Source of the DNA: Candidatus Eiseniibacteriota bacterium
GTDB lineage: Bacteria; Joyebacterota; Joyebacteria; Joyebacterales; Joyebacteraceae
Direction: 5' to 3'
Length of the DNA: 19,282 bases
NCBI GenBank assembly: GCA_043819135.1
Contig: JBDRFG010000095.1
Coordinates: 1 to 19,282 of the forward strand
A model generated the notes under the pieces. That model did not search any database and had not been told where the DNA came from. It saw only the letters and a list, made by a program, of their open reading frames with translations. A program made the position numbers and the translations under genes. Shown here in pieces: positions 8,540 to 16,257 of the stretch (position 1 is its first letter; each line of letters opens with the position of its first letter).

Positions 8540-10984
8540 ATGCGAGGAAGCTGGACATCAGCAAGAAGCATGAAGGCTCTCGCCAACGGTGGGTCCCCCG
8601 GGACGGCGCACTCCGGACTTCTGATTGGAACTCTGGTGCTGCTCGTCGCCATTCCTGCTCTCGCCGCCGCTGCCTCAACCGCCGAGGTGGTGGCTACCCT
8701 GGTTCTTGACCTTGCGCAGCTAGAATTCGCGCAGCACGAGGGGTACGATCTCGTCTCGATCGAGGGCGCCGTCCACACTACCGAACCCGCCGAGCCAATG
8801 CTCCCTGCGTTCTACGTCCGGCTCCTCCTTCCTCCCGGTGCCAGCTGCACCGATATCGAAACGTCCCTGAGTGGGACAGTCAGCATCCCCGGTAGCTTCG
8901 ACCTGCTACCAGCGCCCCGGCCGGTCAGGCTCTCCTCGGAGAGGGAAGCGGAAGTTCCCCAGCCGAGCAGCAGCACATATGACCCAGAGCTTCCTTACCC
9001 TCTGGAGGTAGCTAGACTGGCCGGGGTGGGTTCAATGGGAGGGTACCGTATCGCGACGCTCCGCGTCACACCGCTGCAGTACGTGTCCTCCACGGGAGAG
9101 CTCACCCTCCACACCAACATAGAGATTTCCCTCGCGACCGAGTCAGCGGACGGGGATGGGGCGCAGTTCCTCGACAGTTCCGCGCCCGGCCTCGTCGTAA
9201 CCTCCGCGGTCTCGAGTATGGTCGATAACGACGAGGACCTGTCCCGCTACGCGACGATCGTCAGAACGGAGACCAGGACCGAGGGCATCGACTACCTTCT
9301 CATTACGCCGGCCGAATTCGTGGATGAGTTTCAGCCGCTCGCCGATTGGAAGACGCTCAAGGGAGTGAAGGCCGAGATCGTGACGCTCGAGGACATCGAG
9401 GCCAACCCGCTCTATGACGGTGTCGACGAGGCCGAGCGGATCAGGTCGTGCATCGCGACCTACCGTGACCTTCACGGGATCTCGTGGGTCCTGCTGGGCG
9501 GGGACACGGACGTCGTTCCGGCCCGGCACGCGTACGACTTCTTCTTTGATCAGGGCATTCCATGTGACCTCTACTACGCCGACCTGGACGGAACGTGGAA
9601 CGACGACGGCGACGACAGATGGGGCGAGATCGGCGAAGACGGCGTGGACATGTACTCGGACGTCTTCGTGGGACGCGCGCCCGTCACGTCGTCGGACGAG
9701 GTTGCGACCTTCGTCACGAAGGTGCTCACATACGAGGGCGCTCCGTTCCAAACATGGGACGACTTCCAGCTCAACATGCTCTTCTTGGGTGAGATCCTGT
9801 GGGATTCGCCCGACCCCTACACGGACGGCGGCGTCGCGCTCGACATGATCGAGAACGAGTCGGTGCCCCCGCGCTTCACGCCCATAACGAAGCTCTATCA
9901 GCGCGACGGCACTCTCTACACGCCGCCGACGCTCAGCGCGCTCAACGAGGGCCAGGGAATCGTGATGCACGCCGGTCACTCGAACATCACGAAGGTCAGC
10001 GTCGGAGCGGACGAGCTGACCATATCCGACCTCGACGCCCTGCACAACGGGGAGCGAGGGGGCCTGTGGTACTCGGTAGGCTGCTGGTCGGCCGCCGTGG
10101 ACCACGACACCTTCGGCGAGCACTGGCTTCTGAACCCGGTGGGCGGCGGAGTCGCCTACGTCGGCAACTCACGGTACGGGTGGGGATGCCCCGGCTACCC
10201 GGGCCAGTGTGTGTCGGACCTGTACAGCCAGGAGTTCTTCGCGTCTCTGTTTACGCGGGACCTTGAGCACGCCGGCACTGTCCACGCCGACGCCAAGCAC
10301 CAGTTCGTCGGTGTGGCAGGCACAGATGACTACACGCGGTATGCGATGTACGAGCTGAACCTTCTGGGTGACCCCGAGATGCCCGTCTGGACGGACACTC
10401 CGTCAGCACTGACGGTCGTCCACGCGGACGCCGTGGAGATATCCGAGGACGTGGCGACCATCTCCGTGCAGGTTGCGGCGGCAGGTGCGCCCGTCGAAGG
10501 CGCGACGGTGTGCGTGGCGAGCGCCGACGGTTCCGTCTACGAGGTCGCCGGCACGAGTTCCGGAGGGGAGGCCGTCCTCACTTTCGAGCCCGGCAACGCC
10601 TCCAACGTCACCGTTACCGTCACGGGGAAGAACTGCGTCCCCCACGGGTCGTCGGTGGACATCGAGAGCGGCGGAACCGGCATCGCCGACGGCGCAGAGC
10701 CCGCGCGCGTGACGACGCTGCATCAGAACTATCCGAATCCGTTCAATCCCGCGACGAGCGTGGCGCTCAGCCTCTCGTCGCGTGAGCGAGTTACTCTCGC
10801 GGTCTACGACGTGTCCGGTCGTCGCGTGGCCGTGCTTGTCGATTCAGAGATCGAGCCCGGCGTCTCGTCCTTCCGATGGGACGGCCGGGATGCTTCGGGC
10901 AAGGACGTGTCGTCCGGCACGTACTTCGTCCGGATGAATGTGGGCAACGAGCTCTTTGAGAAGAAGATGACGCTCTTGAGGTGA
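8540..10984 (+). CDS. Gingipain-like C25 family cysteine peptidase: signal peptide, propeptide, catalytic domain, Ig-like domain, C-terminal FlgD-Ig/T9SS-type sorting domain
   Basis: PMLP propeptide; DYLLITP, LADWK..KG, WVLLGGD..VP, DLYYADLD, VFVGRAP; putative catalytic His (AGHS) and Cys (VGCW); NLLGDPEM; C-terminal NYPNPFNP..VYDVSGRRV..WDGRD..SGTYFVR..KKMTLLR. Start at ATG 8540 (GGAG RBS) or 8570. Confidence 0.9.
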   Translation: MRGSWTSARSMKALANGGSPGTAHSGLLIGTLVLLVAIPALAAAASTAEVVATLVLDLAQLEFAQHEGYDLVSIEGAVHTTEPAEPMLPAFYVRLLLPPGASCTDIETSLSGTVSIPGSFDLLPAPRPVRLSSEREAEVPQPSSSTYDPELPYPLEVARLAGVGSMGGYRIATLRVTPLQYVSSTGELTLHTNIEISLATESADGDGAQFLDSSAPGLVVTSAVSSMVDNDEDLSRYATIVRTETRTEGIDYLLITPAEFVDEFQPLADWKTLKGVKAEIVTLEDIEANPLYDGVDEAERIRSCIATYRDLHGISWVLLGGDTDVVPARHAYDFFFDQGIPCDLYYADLDGTWNDDGDDRWGEIGEDGVDMYSDVFVGRAPVTSSDEVATFVTKVLTYEGAPFQTWDDFQLNMLFLGEILWDSPDPYTDGGVALDMIENESVPPRFTPITKLYQRDGTLYTPPTLSALNEGQGIVMHAGHSNITKVSVGADELTISDLDALHNGERGGLWYSVGCWSAAVDHDTFGEHWLLNPVGGGVAYVGNSRYGWGCPGYPGQCVSDLYSQEFFASLFTRDLEHAGTVHADAKHQFVGVAGTDDYTRYAMYELNLLGDPEMPVWTDTPSALTVVHADAVEISEDVATISVQVAAAGAPVEGATVCVASADGSVYEVAGTSSGGEAVLTFEPGNASNVTVTVTGKNCVPHGSSVDIESGGTGIADGAEPARVTTLHQNYPNPFNPATSVALSLSSRERVTLAVYDVSGRRVAVLVDSEIEPGVSSFRWDGRDASGKDVSSGTYFVRMNVGNELFEKKMTLLR

Positions 10985-11068
10985 GTCGCCGCCAGACCCT
11001 TCTCGCCGGGAAGGTCCTGGCCGTAGGCAGCCGAGCAAGAAACCGCAGCACATTACGCGCTTTCGCAG

Positions 11069-11344
11069 CGAACACACTCTCTCTGGCCTAGCAGCGGAGC
11101 GTGACAAGGCGGCCGAGGTCGACGACGACTCGAAGGCGGGACCGGGGAGCGCGGAGGGATCAGCCGCGCCCCCGGGACCGCATCACAGAAGTGGCTACAG
11201 GCCCGGGCTGGAAGAACCACGGGCAGCCGACGGAAGAGTGTGTTCGGTTATGCCCGGGCATCCGAGAAACGCTGGCCGGTCTCCTAGACGAAGTCATTAC
11301 ACTACCCTGCGCGAGCGCATGACTACCGCAAGGGGCCGGCCGGC
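11069..11344 (+). ncRNA. Unassigned structured intergenic element (candidate ncRNA or non-autonomous mobile element remnant)
   Basis: 12-bp inverted repeat 11069-11080/11235-11246 enclosing a centred GC-rich hairpin; second 13-bp stem 11271-11283/11332-11344 with G-U pairs that favour the + strand. No family recognised. Confidence 0.3.
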
Positions 11345-11391
11345 AACAGGTTGGATATAGAGGGTGCGCGCCGTAGTCGCCGGGGTGGTCG

Positions 11392-12159
11392 TCAGACCGC
11401 CTCGGCGATCCTGGTTTCCAGCGTGGCAATGTGGTCGTCGATGATATCCGGGCCGCACAGTTCCCCGTGGCCGGGAACGATGGTCTCGATCGGGAGCTTC
11501 CGGAGCCTCTCCAGCCCAACGATCCACCTCCGCCAATCAGAGGCTTCGCCGAACATCGTGACCGGACCGGCGCGCTCGTTGATGGCGTCGCCGGCAAAGA
11601 GGACCCTGCTCCTTGGATGGTAGACGACGAGTTCGCATTCAGTGTGGCCCGGCAGATGCACGATTGTCACCTCCTCGCCGTTGATGGCGATGGAGGTCTC
11701 CTCTCCCACATGCCGGTGGGGTGATACCGGGTGCACGAGACCCACGTGTTGCTGGCAGGTCTCGCTGTCGATCTTTAGGAACGCCTCTATCGCCTCGCGG
11801 TAGTCGTTCGCTCCGAGGTGTTTGCGCATCTCCGCCATGCACGTACCGAACGACCTGTGTCCGTAGATGAGCGCGTCCCTGTCGTCGAAGAAGCTGGCGG
11901 CGAAGCAGTGGTCGAGGTGGTGGTGCGTCAGAACTACGTAGGTCATCTCCCTCCTCGGCGCCTTCGACTGCGTGTAGTCCCAGATAAACTGTGCCTGGGC
12001 CTCCGTCTGCCCCGAGTTGACGAAGACCTGCGCCCTGGCGGTCGAGACGATGCCCACGTTCGCGGCGTGCACGTCGACGATGGTCTCCATGTCGAGGATA
12101 GCGTGTACGCCGTTCCCGAAGTCGTGTGTACGCGGAGTTCCGAGACCTGGATGTTCCAT
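11392..12159 (-). CDS. MBL-fold metallo-hydrolase
   Basis: Start ATG 12159 (MEHPGLG...) after GGGGGTGAG; THHHLDH (HxHxDH), PGHT, LFAGD, VPGHG. Confidence 0.9.
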   Translation of the reverse strand: MEHPGLGTPRTHDFGNGVHAILDMETIVDVHAANVGIVSTARAQVFVNSGQTEAQAQFIWDYTQSKAPRREMTYVVLTHHHLDHCFAASFFDDRDALIYGHRSFGTCMAEMRKHLGANDYREAIEAFLKIDSETCQQHVGLVHPVSPHRHVGEETSIAINGEEVTIVHLPGHTECELVVYHPRSRVLFAGDAINERAGPVTMFGEASDWRRWIVGLERLRKLPIETIVPGHGELCGPDIIDDHIATLETRIAEAV

Positions 12160-12220
12160 TCTCTCACCCCCGAGATTCTCGTCGTGGATGGGTCTGGTCC
12201 AGGAAGTGGGCCGTCGCCGC

Positions 12221-14107
12221 TCAGCCGACGAAGATCGGGCGCTCCGACAGACGCGCCGGCACATTGAGCGGCCTGTAGGGCCTTCCCGCGGTCTCCTGCC
12301 TGAGGAGTTCGTTGAGCTGGTCGAGCGAGATCTGTCGCTGCTCGCCACCGTGGACGCGGACGGTCAGCTCATCTCCGCTGACCTCGCGGTCTCCGACAAC
12401 GAGAGTGTACGGAACCCAGTGTCGGCCGGACTCGCGGATCTTCTTCCCGACACTCATGTCCCTGTCATCGAAATCGACTCGGAACGGGATACCATCGAGC
12501 AGCGACTCACAGAACGCACGGTGCTTCTCCGACACCGGGATGACTCGAACCTGTATCGGAGCCAGCCACAGCGGGAAGTTGGGCACTTCCTTGTTCCGCA
12601 TGCGGATCGCCTGCTGCTCCAGTATCGAACAGATGACCCTTTCGATGGATCCGGATATCGAGGTGTGCATCAGGATCGGGTGCTTCTTGGTACCGTCCTC
12701 ATCAACGTAGTCGATATCGAATCGCTCCGTGTTTTCCACGTCGATCTGGACGGTGGAGAGGCACGACGACTTCGCGTGCGCGTCGATGAAGTTGAACTCG
12801 AGCTTGGCAACGAAGTAGAAGAAGCGCTCGTCCCAGATCTCGACCAGGACCGGACGGCCCGCCCGCCGTGTGATCTCGCGCGCGAACTCCGGGTCCTCGT
12901 CCAGGAAGCTCCGCACAAACCGCACCGCGACCTCGTAATCCAGACCGAAGTCGTTCATACATCGCATCGACACGTCCATCTGTCGCAGGAACTCCTCGCG
13001 GGCCTGGACGGTGTCCTTGGCCAGAGTGTGAAGGTCGGGCATGGTGAACGTCCGCAGACGGCGCAGCCCCGCCAGCTCGCCGGACTGCTCGCGGCGGAAG
13101 GAGTAGTGGCTGATCTCGAACAACCGCGTCGGCAACATCCTGTGTGAGAGCTGCATGTCGTGCTGCATCAGGTATTGCCCGAAGCAGGCCGCGAAGCGCA
13201 GGAAATACTCCTTCGTGTCGGACAGAAGCACGTACTGACGGGCAGGGAAGCGATTGAGGTAGCTCATCAGGTTCGGGTGCTGGTAGTCGTACATTATCGG
13301 AGTTTCTACCTGCATCGCTCCGGCCTCGTTCAGGAGCGACGACACGTGCTCCTCCGACAGCAGTTTGATCAGCGCTCCGTTCGGGTACCAGCGGAAGTTG
13401 CCCGGGTCGGACGCGGGCTCGTAGTCGACGAGTTCGAGCCTCCTCATGAGCTCGATGTGGGCCGGCGGCTCGCTCGATGTTCGGGTGCCCGAGATCTCGT
13501 AGTCGTACATCTGTTTGAAGCAGTCGTGACCCTCGAAGGTGCACTCGTGCGCCGGCACGTCCCGGCCGTCCGGGTACAACACGCGCCACTCGGACTTCAG
13601 GCTCTTCTCGGCATCGAGGGCGGCGGATACGTCCTCCGTGCCGGCCGCGCGGGCGCCGTCACCGGTCTCGCCGCCGGGCACGATGGTCTTGGCGAGTTCC
13701 GACAGAGGGTGGCCCTTGCACTCGATCTCGAAGCCCTTGTAGAAGCCGAAGGGCGCCTCGTGGATGGTCAGTTCCGAATTCTCGCGCATCCTCTTGCTGA
13801 CCCCAGCCAGCACCTTCATGGCGACACGCGGCGACGACAGGTTGCTCGACAGATGGGCATACGGATAGAGCATGACGTCGGACGTCTTGACCTGCGCGGC
13901 CTGGTCGGCGATGGTATCCGCCGCCTGCTGCGCCACGGAGTCGATCCCCTTCTCGTCGGTCTTCTCGGACGCCATGAAGGCGACGAGCACGTCGCCCACC
14001 GATCCCAGACGCTGGTCGTCGCTGAGTTCAGCCAGAGAGGAGACCGCCGAGGTCTTCTCGGTGACGTGGAAGCTGAACTTGCTGGCGTGTATCAGCAGTA
14101 TTCGCAT
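12221..14107 (-). CDS. thrS: Threonine--tRNA ligase, archaeal type (N-terminal DTD-like editing domain)
   Basis: MRILLIH, YPYAHLS, APFGFYKGFEIECKGHPLSEL editing domain; class II core LRFAACFGQY, FRREQSGELAGLRRLRTFTMPDLH, HTSISGSIER; anticodon-binding domain WLAPIQVRVIP...VVGDRE. Confidence 0.95.
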   Translation of the reverse strand: MRILLIHASKFSFHVTEKTSAVSSLAELSDDQRLGSVGDVLVAFMASEKTDEKGIDSVAQQAADTIADQAAQVKTSDVMLYPYAHLSSNLSSPRVAMKVLAGVSKRMRENSELTIHEAPFGFYKGFEIECKGHPLSELAKTIVPGGETGDGARAAGTEDVSAALDAEKSLKSEWRVLYPDGRDVPAHECTFEGHDCFKQMYDYEISGTRTSSEPPAHIELMRRLELVDYEPASDPGNFRWYPNGALIKLLSEEHVSSLLNEAGAMQVETPIMYDYQHPNLMSYLNRFPARQYVLLSDTKEYFLRFAACFGQYLMQHDMQLSHRMLPTRLFEISHYSFRREQSGELAGLRRLRTFTMPDLHTLAKDTVQAREEFLRQMDVSMRCMNDFGLDYEVAVRFVRSFLDEDPEFAREITRRAGRPVLVEIWDERFFYFVAKLEFNFIDAHAKSSCLSTVQIDVENTERFDIDYVDEDGTKKHPILMHTSISGSIERVICSILEQQAIRMRNKEVPNFPLWLAPIQVRVIPVSEKHRAFCESLLDGIPFRVDFDDRDMSVGKKIRESGRHWVPYTLVVGDREVSGDELTVRVHGGEQRQISLDQLNELLRQETAGRPYRPLNVPARLSERPIFVG

Positions 14108-14203
14108 GCGTGTAGCAGTCCTTGAGTTTGTCTCGATGAGCCTGTTGATTGCCGGCTCCTTGTTCTGAGCCGGCGTTCAATTCAACTGCTCTTGTCAGCG
14201 GTC

Positions 14204-14232
14204 ATTGTATCACGTCTTCCGGACGCGCTCAA
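14204..14232 (-). promoter_or_regulatory. Sigma70 promoter for thrS
   Basis: Minus strand TTGAGC (14232-14227), 17 bp spacer, TACAAT (14209-14204), with extended TG; overlaps the 3' end of the upstream ECF gene. Confidence 0.65.
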
Positions 14233-14821
14233 TCGCCCGCACTATCGCGGGAATGAGGGCCATCTGGATGGCCATTCCGATCCACCCGGCGCCGATGGCT
14301 CCCGCGGCCATCGCAATGGTGCGGGCCGTCAGCCCGATCACGGGCGCCAGCCACACGACGGCCGCGATCCACACGATCCTGCCGGCCACCATCGAGCCGA
14401 CCAGGGCCAGCGTCACCGCGGCCCACGGGGCGGCGGTCGCGCCTGGCGCCCGCGCAGACACGCCATCGACTTTCGTCGGTCCGGATCGGCGCCCGCCGAA
14501 GATGGCCGCGAGCCGGGGACGCAGCAGCCCCGCGACGAACCCGTAGGTCGCGAGTTCGAGCACCATGGGCACCATATAGAACACCGTCGGGCGACCGGTC
14601 AGCAGGCCGGACAGCACGGGCGAGCCCGCCCCGACGACCAGGCCCGCAACCGGGCCGAGCACGAGCCCCGCCACGAACGTGGGCAGGTGCATCGGTAGGA
14701 ATATCCTGCCTCCCAGCGGGATCGCGTGGAAGACGACCGGCAGCACGACCCCGAGCGCGAGCAGAAGAGCCGTGCCCGTGAGGGTCCCCGTTGCCACCCG
14801 TCCGTCCGTGCTGTTCCTCAT
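14210..14821 (-). CDS. ECF transporter S component (substrate unknown)
   Basis: True start is ATG 14821 (MRNSTDG...). About six hydrophobic segments; ALGVVLP..FH, FLPMHLP, GLVLGP..G, SPVLS, MVLELATYG, GIxxQ-like C-terminal helix (GMAIQ). Confidence 0.85.
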   Translation of the reverse strand: MRNSTDGRVATGTLTGTALLLALGVVLPVVFHAIPLGGRIFLPMHLPTFVAGLVLGPVAGLVVGAGSPVLSGLLTGRPTVFYMVPMVLELATYGFVAGLLRPRLAAIFGGRRSGPTKVDGVSARAPGATAAPWAAVTLALVGSMVAGRIVWIAAVVWLAPVIGLTARTIAMAAGAIGAGWIGMAIQMALIPAIVRAIERVRKT

Positions 14822-15240
14822 GATACTGTTCCTTCCCGTGAGATCGTGAAAAGCTCGTCGTCTGGCATCTCCCAGATCCAGAGCGCGAATCGCAACTGGT
14901 CGTCTTCGGAGCAGTCGTTCTCTATGCTGTCGAAGACTTCCCGCCTGAGCGTGACCGTCAGCACGACGCCCTCGCCGATGGCCTCCAGCGCCATCCTCCT
15001 GTCGTCCGTCACTTCGATGCACCCGTTGCCCGTGGTGCACGGCGTCGAGAGCTGCATGCCGTCGACGCTGCAGGAGTACGGCGGGACGCGCCCGGTGTGC
15101 GCCCGCATCTTGTAGGAGAATGGCTCGTTGCCCAGCTCGCGGGTAACGACCCTGCCCATTCTGAGACCCACGACCAGGTATGGACCCAGGTGCGTGTGGA
15201 AGCGGGCGGCGTCTCGCAGTTCCCTCGGAAGGGCGCTCAT
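14818..15240 (-). CDS. FmdE/FwdE family protein (formylmethanofuran dehydrogenase subunit E-like)
   Basis: Start ATG 15240 after AGGAG; FHTHLGPYLVVGLRMG, SCSVDGMQLSTPCTTGNG, MPDDELF; ATGA overlap with the ECF gene. Confidence 0.87.
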   Translation of the reverse strand: MSALPRELRDAARFHTHLGPYLVVGLRMGRVVTRELGNEPFSYKMRAHTGRVPPYSCSVDGMQLSTPCTTGNGCIEVTDDRRMALEAIGEGVVLTVTLRREVFDSIENDCSEDDQLRFALWIWEMPDDELFTISREGTVS

Positions 15241-15337
15241 ATCGTCTCCTGTCTGCGCGACCGGCCGGTCTGACCGGCATGGGGCGGCCTCTGGCGTGGA
15301 CCGACTCGATGGCTCTTCGGCAGACCCCACTCGGGGC

Positions 15338-15382
15338 ATTATACAGAAGGCGGACGCTCTCTGCTACAACACGCTACAACAC
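15338..15382 (-). promoter_or_regulatory. Candidate promoter of the fmdE-ECF operon: consensus -10 with a tandem 10-bp direct repeat over the -35 region
   Basis: TATAAT on the minus strand (15343-15338); GCTACAACAC twice at 15363-15382; poor -35 at canonical spacing. Confidence 0.5.
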
Positions 15383-15414
15383 AGCCTCCCGGGCATGATC
15401 CGGGAGGCCGTGTT
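15378..15414 (-). terminator. Hairpin downstream of the cytochrome c gene, probable terminator
   Basis: Minus strand AACACGGCCTCCCGG-loop-CCGGGAGGCTGTGTT; weak U-tract. Confidence 0.5.
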
Positions 15415-15452
15415 CAGAGCGTGCGGTGTGGCGGTCGCGGACGCACCCCGCT

Positions 15453-16241
15453 CTAGAGCGTCTCCAGATACACGATAAGGTCGTCGAGCTGCTGCTCGGA
15501 CAGGTAAGGCTCGAACGATGGCATACCTCCTGCCGGTGCTACGATCTGCGTCCGGACGTTCTCCGGCGACATCGGCATACCGCTGGCCTCGATCGTGTCG
15601 CGCGCGAACAGACCCGCGAGGCCGGGGCCGATCTTCTTGCCGGTCGAATCGTCGTAGTGGCAGCCCGAGCAGTACTTGCCGAAGACCTGTCCGCCCTGGT
15701 CGACGCTCGTGGAGGTCTCCTCACGCTGCCCGGCGTCAGCTGAAGCCTCATCGGCCGCCGCCGCTACCGGGGTATCGTCCGCGTCGTTCTGGATCTCGAC
15801 GCTCGTCGTGTCTCGCGGCTCAGATCCGCCGAAGCCGCCGGTCACGACGAAGAACACCGCGGACAAAGTGGTCACAACGAGGGCGAGAGTGATGACGGTC
15901 ATGCCCATTACGGGAACGAACTTGATGAACTGCTTGAACCAGCGAACGACCGCGAGCTTCAGCGCCAGAACGAACACGAGCAACGACGCGAGCGACCAGT
16001 GAAGCACGCCCCTGACGGAGAGCGAGTCTCCGGCGGCGGACAGGTATCTCGCACCCATGACGGCCAGGACGACGAGCAGCGTCGCGAACACGTACCCCGC
16101 GACCCTGTGCATGTTCCTGAGCGCCATCACGCCCATCCGGCGTTCGGCCTTGCCCATGAGAGTGAGCATGCTCAAGGCGGCGGTCAGACCGGCCGCGATG
16201 AAGAGCGTGGCGAGGAGCGTCTTGGTGACGAAGAACGACAT
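15453..16241 (-). CDS. Membrane protein with four N-terminal TM helices fused to a C-terminal monoheme class I cytochrome c
   Basis: Four hydrophobic segments with His in helices 2 and 3 (MHRVAGY, VLHWSLA); acidic linker; CSGCH heme motif, GPGLAG, distal Met in GGMPSF; RBS GGGAGG. Confidence 0.88.
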   Translation of the reverse strand: MSFFVTKTLLATLFIAAGLTAALSMLTLMGKAERRMGVMALRNMHRVAGYVFATLLVVLAVMGARYLSAAGDSLSVRGVLHWSLASLLVFVLALKLAVVRWFKQFIKFVPVMGMTVITLALVVTTLSAVFFVVTGGFGGSEPRDTTSVEIQNDADDTPVAAAADEASADAGQREETSTSVDQGGQVFGKYCSGCHYDDSTGKKIGPGLAGLFARDTIEASGMPMSPENVRTQIVAPAGGMPSFEPYLSEQQLDDLIVYLETL

Positions 16242-16257
16242 GTGGCCTCCCGCAAGA

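Noticed and set aside
10991..11021. Imperfect hairpin right after the C25 stop codon
   Set aside because: Two mismatches and no U-tract, so it was not called as a terminator.
11283..11300. CCTAGACGAA resembles a 3' conserved segment of RNase P RNA
   Set aside because: The other universal RNase P motifs (GAGGAAAGTCC, ACAGAA.CCGGCTTA) are absent on both strands.
11101..11322. 73-aa ORF and overlapping short ORFs in the structured gap
   Set aside because: Arg/Pro-rich low-complexity translations with no recognisable motif, typical of GC-rich non-coding DNA.
12017..14125. Long + strand ORFs (376 and 321 aa), and similar long ORFs antisense to HAD, nnr, M20 and C25
   Set aside because: Antisense shadows produced by GC-rich codon bias of well-supported genes.
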